Assembly: GCA_027315135.1 (NCBI GenBank)
Contig: DAHUYR010000021.1
Span: 1-55,750, forward strand
DNA length: 55,750 nucleotides
Direction of reading: 5' to 3'
DNA from: Candidatus Micrarchaeota archaeon
GTDB taxonomy: Archaea > Micrarchaeota > Micrarchaeia > Micrarchaeales > CABMGC01
Shown: in pieces, positions 37,259 through 47,933 of the stretch
Numbering within the stretch: the stretch's first letter is position 1
How the letters are laid out: each line of letters opens with the position of its first letter
The notes under the pieces: generated by a model
Database searches by the model: none
Told to the model about the DNA's origin: nothing
What the model saw: the letters and a program-made list of their open reading frames with translations, nothing else
Translations under genes and position numbers: made by a program

Positions 37259-37894
37259 TTACGCAAAGCTCTCATACACTTCTGCAGCTCCCCTGAGCAT
37301 AATATATGCAAACAGCACTGCTACAAGCGCGTAGCCTATTGTTATTGGATAACCGCTTATGTAGACAAACGGAAGGTATGCCCATGTGACGAACTTCAGA
37401 ACGTTGACAAATCCTCTTCCTATGTTTGATGAATAGACGACTTTTGCAAACTTTGTTTTCATTTTAGAGGACGTTCCCTTTGCTGCCATGACTGCATCAA
37501 CAAAAGAGTGCCTTATCACAATCAGGAACAGTATTATTATCGGCACTACTCCTGTGTAAACGAAGGTTATCCATAATATGTATTCTACTGCACGGTCACC
37601 TGCAACATCGATTCTTGCGCCAAACTTCGCCTTCTTCTTCAATGTTTTCTTGACAGACCTGACAGCTTTCTTCGACCTTTCATTCCCAAGAAGTCCTGAG
37701 AGATAAACTCCGAGCGTAATCCTTCCGGAAGAAGCTTCGTGCACCGCAAAGAAACCGTCAACAGCATCAAGCAGTATTGCTATTGCTATCAACACCGCTA
37801 TTACAAATGGGTTGAATTTGTATATTATCAGGTAAGCTACGAATATTACAAGAAGCACTCTTATCAGAGTGGTTGCGTCTGCAGATCTCATCAA
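37259..37894 (-). CDS. CDP-alcohol phosphatidyltransferase family protein
   Basis: AD..T..R, DAVDG..A ... GARIDVAGDR, multiple TMs. Confidence 0.8.
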   Translation of the reverse strand: MMRSADATTLIRVLLVIFVAYLIIYKFNPFVIAVLIAIAILLDAVDGFFAVHEASSGRITLGVYLSGLLGNERSKKAVRSVKKTLKKKAKFGARIDVAGDRAVEYILWITFVYTGVVPIIILFLIVIRHSFVDAVMAAKGTSSKMKTKFAKVVYSSNIGRGFVNVLKFVTWAYLPFVYISGYPITIGYALVAVLFAYIMLRGAAEVYESFA

Positions 37895-38170
37895 ATCTCA
37901 ACAAATATTCTACTCAAAGAAACATAAACTGCATACTTATTAAGTTTTTGCATCTTTAAGAGCCACTTCTTACTGCCTTCACCGATTCGATCCTACGGGG
38001 CTCCGAGGATGCCTCCAATAATATCTTATATAAAGATAATATAAAGATAAAAACCTCTGAAAAATTTCTAAAAGAAAACATATAATAATTCAGCTTATAT
38101 CTGTTTGTATATTATATTAATCTGCACAGTTTCTAATCAAATCTGGATGCGTGGTGCATGGTCATAAGGT

Positions 38171-41100
38171 TTGTTTATGGTTGACATGGTAAAGAATGAG
38201 GAAGCGATTCTTGCATATTGGCAGGAGAAACGCATAAATGACGTAGTCAAGGCCAAAAACCTCAACAACAAGACCTTCTACTTCCTTGACGGCCCACCTT
38301 ATGTTACCGGCGACCTCCACCCAGCGCATATCTGGACGAAGGGCATGAAAGATGCGATTGTCAGATACAGGAGATATGCCGGATACAATGTAATAGACAA
38401 GCCTGGGTACGATATTCATGGTCTTCCTATAGAAAATAAGATAGAGAAAGACCTGAATATAAAATCAAAGAAGGAGATAGTGGAAAAGATCGGCATCGAA
38501 AGATTCGTTCAGGAATGCAGGAGATATGTGGACAAGTACATGGGCAACATGGATGCCGATTATGCAAGGTTCGGAATATCACTGGATTTTAAACATCCAT
38601 ACCTGCCTTACAAAAAAGAGTACATGGAGGCAGCATGGGCAATACTAAAGCTGATGGACGGGCGGAAATTCCTTTACAAGGGCAAAAGGACGCTGATATA
38701 CTGTCCGCATTGCGAGACCCCTCTTTCTCAGGGAAGCATGGAAGTCGAATACGAGGATGAGACGGATCCATCACTGTTTGTCGCATTCAAGATAGCTGGC
38801 AACGGCAAGGATGCGAAAGTGGATCTGGGCAGTGATGCGTACCTTGCAGTATGGACTACGACTCCGTGGACGCTGCCTGCAAACGTGGCGATAGCTGTAA
38901 ATCCCAAGGAGATATATGTTATCGCAAAAGCCGGGAGCAAGCGCCTTGTAATGGCAAAGAAGCGCACGGACAAGTTTGCAGAAGCAACAGGCGAGAACCT
39001 TATAATAGAGTCGGAATTCTTCGGAAGCGAACTCCTAGGCGTGAGATATGTCAGCCCAATAGAGTACAAAGTGCCGAAGCAGAAGGAACTAAGAAAATAC
39101 CACAAGGTCATACTATCAGAAGAATTTGTAACAATGGAAGAGGGAACAGGATTACTGCACGTTGCCCCAGGCCATGGTATGGAAGACTACGGCATAGGTA
39201 TGAAGAATCATCTTCCAATACTCTCCCCACTCAATTCCGACGCTACTTATAACGATGAAGCAGGCGCGTATAAAGGATTGAAGGTTCCTGCCGAGGCAAA
39301 TCCTGTCGTACTAAAGGATCTTGAAGAGTCTGGAATGCTCCTTAATTCCGGCACTCTGGTGCACAGCTATCCACACTGCTGGCGCTGCCACTCCAAACTG
39401 ATATTCGCAGCAACGGACCAGTGGTTTCTCAATGTGCAGAAGATAAAGGCGAAGCTAATCAGCATGAACCAGAAGATAAACTGGTACCCGAGCGAGGTCA
39501 GGGCATGGCAGGACAGTATATTTGAGAACTCGCCAGACTGGTGCGTATCTAGACAGCGATTCTGGGGAATACCAATGCCTGTATGGGAGTGTAAGCAATG
39601 TGGAAGAAGAAGCATCATCGGATCTCATGCAGAGCTTGTAGAAAGAGCGGTGGACAAACAAGCTGCGGAGGCATTGCAGGACCTTCACAGACCTTACATA
39701 GACAGAATAATGATAAGATGCGAATGCTCTTCAGACATGCAGAGGATACCTGATGTCTTTGATGTGTGGTTTGATTCAGGAATAACCTTCAGAGCAAGCA
39801 TGTCAGAGCAGCAATTTGAAGAGGTAAAGAAGGTCGATTTCATACTCGAGTACGTGGAGCAGACAAGAGGATGGTTCCAGGCGCTTATAAAATGCGGCGT
39901 GATGGCATACAACAAAAATCCTGTGAGTAACATAGTCGTTCACGGAATAATGGCAGGTTCTGATGGCAGAAAGATGTCAAAGAGCTTTGGCAACTTTGCC
40001 CCGTTGAAGGATATGCTAAAGGAATCAACTGCAGACGCATTCAGATTATGGTCCATGCGCCATGTGCCAATACTTAACCGAAACCTTTCATACCCGGAGA
40101 TAAAGGATGCCGACAAAAACATACTGCTAATATACAACATAAAGAAACTGCTTGAAGATTATGAAGAAGCTATAGGCTATCGCCCGGAGTCTGCAAAGGC
40201 CCCCTCGCCAAAAGGCCTTGATCCGGAGGAGCAGTTCATATTATCCAGATTCAGCAGCTTGATAACGGAATGCACAGAAGCGTTTGAAAACTACGCGCCT
40301 TACAAGGCGACAGACATGCTTCTCAACTTCATGGTCGAAGACTTCAGCAGATTTTATCTCAAAACTGCAAAGAAGAAGATACTATACTCAGGCAAAGCAG
40401 AAGCGAGGAGAGTGATAAACGTCGTAAACTACATATTCTACAATCTGATAATAATGCTCTCCCCTATAATCCCATTCTCAACTGAGAAGGTATATATGGA
40501 AAGGTACAAAGGAGAATCCATATTCCTCAACGGCTGGCCAAAAGCCTCAAAGAGCCTGATAAACAAGCAGATAGAGGCTGAATTTGACGTGGTGATGTCA
40601 GCGATAACCGCGGTGCTCAACAGCAGGGACAAATTCGGGGTAAGGCTGAGATGGCCTGTAAGCTCCGCCACCATAGAGACTGCAAACGAGGATGCAAAGC
40701 CCATACTTGCGAAGTACGGCTACATAATAGAGGAATATGCGAATGCAAAGGCGCTTCATGTAAGGGAAATGGTCAAATCCGGCACCGAGGTGAGGCCTGT
40801 CTTCAGCAAACTAGGCCCTGATTTCAAGGAGAATGCATCTGCCGTTGCGGATTCAATAAAGACAGCAGAGCCGACGGCCATTAACGATTCGATAGCAAAA
40901 TCTGGCACGTATGATCTTCACACCTCAAAAGGTTTATTCAAGATAGGGCCTCAGCATTTCGTAACTGTAGAAAAGGCAACGGATGAGAATCATGTCCAGT
41001 TCAAGTACGGGGTTGCATACGTCGATCCTAAGATAAGCGAGGAGCTGAAGGAAGAGGCAATGGTGAGGGAATTTGAGAGAAGGGTGCAGCTGCTAAGAAA

Positions 41101-41359
41101 GGACCTTGGGCTGAAGAAGACGCAGAAGGTGGAGTTGTTCTATGATACCAATACGGATACTGCTAATATAGTCGATAAGAACAAGCAGCAGATATTGAAG
41201 ATAGTTGCCGCAAAGTCGATGAAAAGAGGAGGAACGGACTTCGAAAGTGTAAAGAAGCATACTGGAATGAATGAACAGGAGCTTCTTAACCGTTTCCTGG
41301 CAAAAGAATTCGAGATAGACGGAGAAAGGCTGATGCTAGCCATCCTGTCCTTATCATGA
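38171..41359 (+). CDS. ileS: Isoleucyl-tRNA synthetase
   Basis: DGPPY..G..HPAH, GYDIHGLPIE, WTTTPWTLPAN, GTG.LH.APGHG, SRQRFWG, KMSKS; start may be the ATG at 38177. Confidence 0.96.
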   Translation: MFMVDMVKNEEAILAYWQEKRINDVVKAKNLNNKTFYFLDGPPYVTGDLHPAHIWTKGMKDAIVRYRRYAGYNVIDKPGYDIHGLPIENKIEKDLNIKSKKEIVEKIGIERFVQECRRYVDKYMGNMDADYARFGISLDFKHPYLPYKKEYMEAAWAILKLMDGRKFLYKGKRTLIYCPHCETPLSQGSMEVEYEDETDPSLFVAFKIAGNGKDAKVDLGSDAYLAVWTTTPWTLPANVAIAVNPKEIYVIAKAGSKRLVMAKKRTDKFAEATGENLIIESEFFGSELLGVRYVSPIEYKVPKQKELRKYHKVILSEEFVTMEEGTGLLHVAPGHGMEDYGIGMKNHLPILSPLNSDATYNDEAGAYKGLKVPAEANPVVLKDLEESGMLLNSGTLVHSYPHCWRCHSKLIFAATDQWFLNVQKIKAKLISMNQKINWYPSEVRAWQDSIFENSPDWCVSRQRFWGIPMPVWECKQCGRRSIIGSHAELVERAVDKQAAEALQDLHRPYIDRIMIRCECSSDMQRIPDVFDVWFDSGITFRASMSEQQFEEVKKVDFILEYVEQTRGWFQALIKCGVMAYNKNPVSNIVVHGIMAGSDGRKMSKSFGNFAPLKDMLKESTADAFRLWSMRHVPILNRNLSYPEIKDADKNILLIYNIKKLLEDYEEAIGYRPESAKAPSPKGLDPEEQFILSRFSSLITECTEAFENYAPYKATDMLLNFMVEDFSRFYLKTAKKKILYSGKAEARRVINVVNYIFYNLIIMLSPIIPFSTEKVYMERYKGESIFLNGWPKASKSLINKQIEAEFDVVMSAITAVLNSRDKFGVRLRWPVSSATIETANEDAKPILAKYGYIIEEYANAKALHVREMVKSGTEVRPVFSKLGPDFKENASAVADSIKTAEPTAINDSIAKSGTYDLHTSKGLFKIGPQHFVTVEKATDENHVQFKYGVAYVDPKISEELKEEAMVREFERRVQLLRKDLGLKKTQKVELFYDTNTDTANIVDKNKQQILKIVAAKSMKRGGTDFESVKKHTGMNEQELLNRFLAKEFEIDGERLMLAILSLS

Positions 41360-41545
41360 TTCCTTCCTTGCGCTCTTGAAGGTCTTCCTTGAAGGCATCT
41401 TTGACCAGCAGTCCTTGCATATTACAAGCTTTATTATCTTGGACATCTTTCTAGAGCTCTTCACGCAGCTCTCGCATATCTTCCTTTTGCAGTAGTTGCA
41501 TGTCCTGTACTTGTATATGGTTTTGCCGCACCTTGTGCATAACAT
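41354..41545 (-). CDS. Small basic zinc-finger protein (four CxxC)
   Basis: CTRC, CNYC, CESC, CKDC; GTGA RBS. Confidence 0.75.
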   Translation of the reverse strand: MLCTRCGKTIYKYRTCNYCKRKICESCVKSSRKMSKIIKLVICKDCWSKMPSRKTFKSARKES

Positions 41546-41639
41546 ATTATCACTAAGTTATCTGATTTACATTATAGAAATCAAATTATAAGTTAAGCAT
41601 ATATAATAAGGTATATAATCTTATGCACAGGAGGTTTAT

Positions 41640-42917
41640 TTGGAAAGCGCAGTCATAGAAACGTACGGATGCACCCTCAACCAGGCAGACAGCGACATGA
41701 TAGAGGGCTTACTGACCAATGCAGGCATATCTGTTGATAGGGGACTCTATTCAGGGAAGAAGAATACTGACTATGTGATAGTAAATACCTGTACTGTGAA
41801 GAAGCCTACAGAGCAGAGGATACTTGACAGACTGGAGAAGATAAATGGCAAGGGAAGCAAATTGATAGTAACGGGATGCATGGCATCGGCAAATGCAGAC
41901 AAAATAAGGGCAGCTGCACCTGAAGCCAGTATAATCTCAATAAGCAATATTCCTGAAATGCTCCCGAAGATGCTTGCTAACGGAGTCAATGGCGACATGC
42001 TTGCATATAAAAGAACAGACCGGTCACAATTCATATACAATCCAAAAGGAGTAATCGCGAGAATACCTATAAGCGACGGCTGCCTATCCTCATGCTCCTT
42101 CTGCGAGACAAAGTTTGCAAGAGGTCCGTTGAATAGCTTCTCCGAGGAGCTAGTACTAAAGGCAGTATCAAATGCAGTTCACAACGGGGCAAAGGAGATA
42201 GAACTCGCATCCCAAGATACTGGCGCATACGGAGCAGACAAGAAGACTGATATTGCGCAACTTGTTTCAAAGGCAGTCATGACGGACGGTAATTTCAAGG
42301 TCAGGATAGGTATGCTAAATCCGGAACATCTCCACAAATACATAGACAGGTTAATAGAGTGCTACAAAAGCGACAAGGTGTACAAGTTCCTGCATATTCC
42401 TGTTCAATCTGGAAGCGATTCTGTGCTCAAAGAAATGAAGAGGAAGTATTCCGCAGACGACTTCAGGGCATATGTCAAGGAGATACGATCAAAGGTTCCT
42501 GGAATAAGCATAGCAACAGACATGATAGTAGGCTATCCGACGGAAACCGAGGAGGATTTCAGCGCGTCAATAAATTTATTGAAGGAAACGCGGCCTGCAA
42601 TAACCAACGTATCGAAGTTCTGGGAGAGGCCTAACGCAACTGCGAAGAAGAGCGGAAGGCTATCAAACGAGATAATAAAGGGAAGGTCGGTAATGATGGC
42701 AAGGCTTGCAAAGAGCATACAGTACGAAGACCTGCACCATTCTATAGGCACTGCTGAAAGAGTCTGCATCACTGAGTCTAACTCAAAATCAAATATAGGC
42801 AGGGATATATTTTACAGGAACATAGCAGTAAATGGAAACGAGGAACTCGGATCGTCTATCAAAGTTAGGATAATTGGAAATTCTTCAGTATGTCTAATCG
42901 CTGAAAGATGCGATTAA
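41640..42917 (+). CDS. tRNA methylthiotransferase (MtaB/MiaB-like radical SAM)
   Basis: TYGCTLN, NTCTV, GCM, CLSSCSFC, HIPVQSGS, IVGYPTET. Confidence 0.92.
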   Translation: MESAVIETYGCTLNQADSDMIEGLLTNAGISVDRGLYSGKKNTDYVIVNTCTVKKPTEQRILDRLEKINGKGSKLIVTGCMASANADKIRAAAPEASIISISNIPEMLPKMLANGVNGDMLAYKRTDRSQFIYNPKGVIARIPISDGCLSSCSFCETKFARGPLNSFSEELVLKAVSNAVHNGAKEIELASQDTGAYGADKKTDIAQLVSKAVMTDGNFKVRIGMLNPEHLHKYIDRLIECYKSDKVYKFLHIPVQSGSDSVLKEMKRKYSADDFRAYVKEIRSKVPGISIATDMIVGYPTETEEDFSASINLLKETRPAITNVSKFWERPNATAKKSGRLSNEIIKGRSVMMARLAKSIQYEDLHHSIGTAERVCITESNSKSNIGRDIFYRNIAVNGNEELGSSIKVRIIGNSSVCLIAERCD

Positions 42918-42922
42918 CCTGC

Positions 42923-43315
42923 TTATCTGCGCATCTCAAACAGTGGATACACATCCCCATTCTCTTTTATTATGCGCTCTATCGACTTTCTCGCATTCTT
43001 TAGATTTTGGTCGTGCATATCAGGGGGAACAGTGTGTGAATCTACCCATGCTATGTCGAGAGCAGCCTGTTCTATCGCCAATTCACTTGCTTTAGGATAT
43101 GCTGCTTTCAGATGCACCCTGTACCTGGCAGATTTTACATGTGCCTCTTTGCAATAAGATGAATACCCACGGTCCTTATCCTCTATGGCTCTTGCTACTA
43201 TAAGTGCCGCAACCTCTGCTTCATCATGGAATCCGTCAACTCCCTCTCTTGCTATGGCGAAAGCTTTTTTTACCTCTCTGGACATCTCAAGCCTGTAACG
43301 AATCTTATTTAGCAT
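42923..43315 (-). CDS. Hypothetical helical protein, paralog of 43383-43775
   Basis: 130 aa; aligns with its neighbour. Confidence 0.75.
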   Translation of the reverse strand: MLNKIRYRLEMSREVKKAFAIAREGVDGFHDEAEVAALIVARAIEDKDRGYSSYCKEAHVKSARYRVHLKAAYPKASELAIEQAALDIAWVDSHTVPPDMHDQNLKNARKSIERIIKENGDVYPLFEMRR

Positions 43316-43382
43316 GAGTTAGATCCAAATATTCAGATTAATCAATTTTTGCCACTCGGGGCGTTTCGGCAAAACCAGCTTG

Positions 43383-43775
43383 TCACTCCCTGCGGGAAGA
43401 AACAGTCGCGGATTGCAGTTTGTGCTCGTGTATCATGCGCATTATAGAAGTTGCAGCACGTTGAATATGAGGCCTGCGCTCTACATAACTGCCCTGGAAA
43501 GTAGCTACTACTGCCATATCCCTTGCAGCTGCCTTGATGGTCTCTTTCTCTGCCGTGTACGCTCTGCCCAGATATACTTCATAACTGGCTTCCTTCGCCG
43601 GCATCTCCCAGTCTGCTTTAGATGCATTTGGATTTTTCGCAACGAATCTCAGTTTTGCAAGCGTCGCCTTTATCCTTGCCTCTTCATATGCTCCCGGAAC
43701 TCCTATTTCTGCAACCGAGTACGCGTCTCTGACTTCAAAAGCTGTTTCTAACTTAGTCCTAAATTTCTTTATCAT
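43383..43775 (-). CDS. Hypothetical helical protein, paralog of 42923-43315
   Basis: Start reassigned to ATG 43775 (GGTGA RBS; gives 130 aa aligning from Met1 with the paralog). Confidence 0.75.
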   Translation of the reverse strand: MIKKFRTKLETAFEVRDAYSVAEIGVPGAYEEARIKATLAKLRFVAKNPNASKADWEMPAKEASYEVYLGRAYTAEKETIKAAARDMAVVATFQGSYVERRPHIQRAATSIMRMIHEHKLQSATVSSRRE

Positions 43776-44057
43776 GGTATTCACCAAAAAAGATAAGATA
43801 ACAGAGCCTCGCATGATTTATTAATTTTGCTTAGAGGAAGTTGTATCCAAAAGAGCAGCTTTATATAAAGTTAGCACTCAAATGATTAAAATCTCGTAAT
43901 GAAGCTAAACCAATCCTTCAAATCCTTGCAACAGAAAGCGCATGCAAAATCATCACAACAATATGCTGCCACACTGCCCGCAGTGCAAATTTAAATAAGG
44001 CGAGTGTGAGATAACTATAAGCTGTCTACAGGAGAGGCAGACGAAGGTCAGCTCATC

Positions 44058-45395
44058 ATGTACTCAAAGAAAATACTAGAGGAATTCAAAGCTCATGGGA
44101 TAGAGATAGGGGACAGAATATCAATAATAGAGTCCAGCGGTGCAAATGAGGGTATGCTCATGCCAAGGCCGGATGTCGGGGAGAGCGATGTTATAGTGAT
44201 TAAGCGGGATGATGGTTACAATATAGGCATAAGGCACGGGAAGTCCACAAAGATAGAGAGAGTATCTGGAAAACCAGCCGCACCGCACGGAGGAAAGACG
44301 ATGGCAAAGCAGCAGAAAGGCCTGCCGAAGGTCACGCTGCTCTACACAGGTGGGACAATAGGGAGCAAGCTTGACTACGTATCTGGAGGGGTAAAGGCGC
44401 TTACGAAGGCAGAAGAACTTCTTGCAGAGGTTCCTGAGCTTAACGGAATAGCAGAACTAGAGGTCAAGCAGATAATGAGTGTCTTCAGCGAGGACATGAC
44501 TCACATGGAATGGAAGAAGATTGCAGAGGAGACCGCAGCTGCAATCAATAACGGCGCAAAAGGCGTGATAATAACACACGGAACGGACACGATGCATTAT
44601 ACTGCATCTGCACTCAGTTTTATGCTGCATGATCTCAATGTTCCTGTAGTCATAACCGGCGCACAGAGGAGCAGCGACAGAGGATCAAGCGATGCGTTCA
44701 TGAATCTCGTATGTTCTGCATATGCAGCTGCGCAAAGCGACGTGGCAGAGGTTACAATCTGCATGCATGCGAATCCATCTGACAAGGAGTGCCTGTTGAT
44801 AAGAGGGACAAAAGCAAGAAAGATGCACACATCTAGAAGGGACGCGTTCAAACCGGTGAACAACAGCGCAATAGCGCGTGTCTCAAGGAAGGGGGAGATA
44901 AATTACATATCTGCTTACAAAAAACATACTGAATCAGATGCCAAAACTGTGGCTACGACTTCGTTCGAGCCAAAGGTGGCTTTGCTAAACACCTATCCGA
45001 ACTCCTCTCCGGAACTGCTTGACTTTTTGATCTCAAAAGGATACAAAGGAATAATACTGGAAGGTACGGGCCTTGGACACATGCCGATAAACACTGAACA
45101 TCCTGGATACAACTGGAAAAAAGCATTAAAACACGCGATTGATGAAGGCGCAGTGATAGGCATGACATCACAGTGCATTTATGGTAGAGTCAACTCAAAA
45201 GTCTATAGCACAGCAAGGGAGCTTGCAGGCCTTGGCGTGATATACTGCGAAGATATGCTTCCAGAAACGGCATATGTAAAACTCAGCTTCCTCCTGGGAA
45301 ACCATAAGAAAGAAGACGCAGAAAAAATGCTCCAAAAGAATATTGCTGGAGAGATAACTGACAGGACGGAAGTAGATTGGGTAAGTGATATATGA
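44058..45395 (+). CDS. gatD: Glu-tRNA(Gln) amidotransferase subunit D
   Basis: DGYNIG, TGGTI.S..DY..G, HGTDTM.YTA, GAQRSSDRGSSD, KMHTSRRDAF. Confidence 0.97.
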   Translation: MYSKKILEEFKAHGIEIGDRISIIESSGANEGMLMPRPDVGESDVIVIKRDDGYNIGIRHGKSTKIERVSGKPAAPHGGKTMAKQQKGLPKVTLLYTGGTIGSKLDYVSGGVKALTKAEELLAEVPELNGIAELEVKQIMSVFSEDMTHMEWKKIAEETAAAINNGAKGVIITHGTDTMHYTASALSFMLHDLNVPVVITGAQRSSDRGSSDAFMNLVCSAYAAAQSDVAEVTICMHANPSDKECLLIRGTKARKMHTSRRDAFKPVNNSAIARVSRKGEINYISAYKKHTESDAKTVATTSFEPKVALLNTYPNSSPELLDFLISKGYKGIILEGTGLGHMPINTEHPGYNWKKALKHAIDEGAVIGMTSQCIYGRVNSKVYSTARELAGLGVIYCEDMLPETAYVKLSFLLGNHKKEDAEKMLQKNIAGEITDRTEVDWVSDI

Positions 45396-47236
45396 TGCAG
45401 TTTAACTATAAGGAGCTTGGATTCAAGTGCGGACTTGAGATACATCAAAGGCTGGATACCAGCACGAAGCTATTCTGCAGATGCAGCACCGGCCAGGAAA
45501 CAGCCGAACCGATAATGAGTGTAGAAAGATACCAGCGCGCTGTTGCAGGAGAAACAGGCCATGTGGACAGATCAACCAGTTTCGAAAGTGGCAGGAAGAG
45601 GGAATTTAAGTACCGCGTCTTTAGGAATACGACCTGTCTTGTAGACATGGATGAGGAGCCTCCGCATCACGCAAGCCAGGAAGCGTTAGAGACCGCGTTA
45701 CGTATAGCTGCTTACCTAGATGCAAGCGTCCCTGATGAGATAGAGCCAATGAGGAAGGAGGTGGTAGACGGGAGCAATCCCAGCGCCTTCCAGAGAAGCA
45801 TGATGATAGGATACGGCGGAATGCTGAAGTTCGGCAAGGGTTCGATAGAGATACCTTCGATATTTCTTGAGGAGGAATCAAGCGGCATAGAGGACGCAAA
45901 AGGTGAGTTCGCTGTTTACAGAACCGACAGGCTTGGTATACCTTTGATAGAGGTAGACACCTCACCTGCAATATCAAATCCGAAAGAGGCTAAGGAGATT
46001 GCAATGCAGATAGGCCTTCTCTTAAGGCTGAGCGGCAAGGTCCAAAGAGGCATAGGTTCCATAAGGCAGGATGTGAACGTCTCGATAAAAAGAGGAACAC
46101 GGGTAGAGGTAAAAGGCCTTCAGGAGCTCGACAGGATGGATGCGATAATAGAAAAGGAAGTGGAGAGGCAGGTAAACCTTGCAGATATTGCTGACGAACT
46201 CAGGGAAAAGAAGGCGTCAGTCGGAAGCCCTATCGACATTACAAAAATATTCAAGGGCACGCAATCCCAGATAATCGGGAATGAACTGAAGAAAAATGGC
46301 GTTGTGCTCGGCACAAGACTTGCAAAGTTCAAGGGAGTGGTCGGCAGGGAGATAAACGAGGGCAAGCGCCTCGGAACAGAGATAAGCGATTATGCAAAGA
46401 AGGCAGGAGTAAAAGGGATAATCCACGGGGACGAGAGCATGGAAAAGTACAGCATATCTGGACATGAGCTGAAGGAACTCGAAAAGGAATTGAAGCTATC
46501 CAATGACGACTCATTCATACTTATAGCGGCTGAAAGATCAGTAGCTGAAAAGGCAATGGAGTATGCCCTGCTGCGTGCAGAACTCTCACTCCAGGGCGTT
46601 CCACCGGAGACAAGGGCTGCGGAGCCTAACTCTGACACGACGCGGTTCATGCGCCCTCTGCCAGGCGGGTCAAGGATGTATCCTGAAACAGACATATTGC
46701 CGATAAATCCTGATAAGGATGCATACGCACGAATGGTTAAGAACAAGCTGAGCGCAGAGGAGATAAGGAAGGATCTTGAAGCAGACATAGGGAACAGGCA
46801 GCTTGCGGAGCAGATGCTATGGTCCTATACTTATCAATCCTATCTCTTCCTCAGAGAGAATACTACTGTGCAGCCTAATCTGATAGCATCAATACTTCTT
46901 GAGAAATTCACCGAGCTCCGCAGGAAGGGAATAGCTATAGACGAGATCAGCAACGAAGCCCTTCAATCAATATTTGACAACTACTCCAAAAGCAGGATAA
47001 CTAAGTTAGGGATAGAGGAGCTCCTGAAGCTAGTTCCGAAGTCCAAAGCAGAGGTAAGCGGTTATATAAAAGAAAAGAGCCTATCAAGGTTAAGTGGGAA
47101 GGAAGTGGAAAAACTAGTGCGCGACAACAAAGGTCAGAGTGCGGAAGAGACAAGAGACAGAATAATGACAAAGCACAGGCTTAATGTTGACGGCGCAGAG
47201 CTGAACATTGCAATAAGGAAGATATTTGGTGAGTGA
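45392..47236 (+). CDS. gatE: Glu-tRNA(Gln) amidotransferase subunit E
   Basis: GLEIHQ.L...KLFC.C, DEEPP, MRK.VVDGSN.S.FQR, DRLGIPLIE, RPLPG..RMYPETD. Confidence 0.97.
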   Translation: MMQFNYKELGFKCGLEIHQRLDTSTKLFCRCSTGQETAEPIMSVERYQRAVAGETGHVDRSTSFESGRKREFKYRVFRNTTCLVDMDEEPPHHASQEALETALRIAAYLDASVPDEIEPMRKEVVDGSNPSAFQRSMMIGYGGMLKFGKGSIEIPSIFLEEESSGIEDAKGEFAVYRTDRLGIPLIEVDTSPAISNPKEAKEIAMQIGLLLRLSGKVQRGIGSIRQDVNVSIKRGTRVEVKGLQELDRMDAIIEKEVERQVNLADIADELREKKASVGSPIDITKIFKGTQSQIIGNELKKNGVVLGTRLAKFKGVVGREINEGKRLGTEISDYAKKAGVKGIIHGDESMEKYSISGHELKELEKELKLSNDDSFILIAAERSVAEKAMEYALLRAELSLQGVPPETRAAEPNSDTTRFMRPLPGGSRMYPETDILPINPDKDAYARMVKNKLSAEEIRKDLEADIGNRQLAEQMLWSYTYQSYLFLRENTTVQPNLIASILLEKFTELRRKGIAIDEISNEALQSIFDNYSKSRITKLGIEELLKLVPKSKAEVSGYIKEKSLSRLSGKEVEKLVRDNKGQSAEETRDRIMTKHRLNVDGAELNIAIRKIFGE

Positions 47237-47932
47237 ATGAACTATGAGATTGTTGGAAGCAATATGCAGTACCTGAAGGTCAAGCTAAAGAAGGGGGAGA
47301 AATTCTACGGTGATTCTGGAAATTTTGTAAGCAAGTCGGATAGCGCAGTCATGGAACCCAAACTTGCAGGAGGGATAATGAGCGCCCTAGAAAGGAAATG
47401 GACAGGCGCAACTATGATGCTTACTGAATTCAGCGCAAAGACCGGGGATGCCACTGTGACAATATCAGGCATATATCCTGGAAAAATATATGCAATAAAG
47501 CTTGAGGAAGGAGAATCGTTTGTAGCAGAGCATTACGCCTTCCTCGCTGCGGATGAGACAGTAAAGATAACTATGGAAGCTGTCAACCTTGGCGCAGCTT
47601 TCTTCGGCGGAGAAGGACTGCTCTTCCAGAAATTCGTAGGTCCTGGAGTAGTCGCCATACATGTCGTAGGTGATATAATAGAGTACCAGCTGGATGGAAC
47701 ATCTGACATGGAGATAGATCCTGGACATCTTGCAGGTTTTGATAGCGGAATAAGCTACAAGATAAAGTTCGTAGACAATGTAAAGACTGCAATGTTCGGC
47801 GGCGTCGGTCTCTTCATGGCGACAATGAGTGGAAAAGGAAGAGTGATAACGCACAGCGTTTCAAGGCACAAGCTTACTTACGCTATATATAACGACGGCC
47901 TGGCGCAGGCTCAGAAAAACAAGAAGGGTTAA
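47237..47932 (+). CDS. AIM24 (TIGR00266-like) family protein
   Basis: YEIVG..MQ, PGKI, FFGGEGL..QK..G.G, IDPGHL, FGG.GLF. Confidence 0.88.
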   Translation: MNYEIVGSNMQYLKVKLKKGEKFYGDSGNFVSKSDSAVMEPKLAGGIMSALERKWTGATMMLTEFSAKTGDATVTISGIYPGKIYAIKLEEGESFVAEHYAFLAADETVKITMEAVNLGAAFFGGEGLLFQKFVGPGVVAIHVVGDIIEYQLDGTSDMEIDPGHLAGFDSGISYKIKFVDNVKTAMFGGVGLFMATMSGKGRVITHSVSRHKLTYAIYNDGLAQAQKNKKG

Positions 47933-47933
47933 G

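Noticed and set aside
37980..38110. tRNA-like fragment (gattcgatcc...ggggctcc) and dif-like site (TAA-N6-TTATATCT)
   Set aside because: No acceptor or T-stem pairing; the left arm matches archaeal dif poorly; more simply divergent promoter sequence
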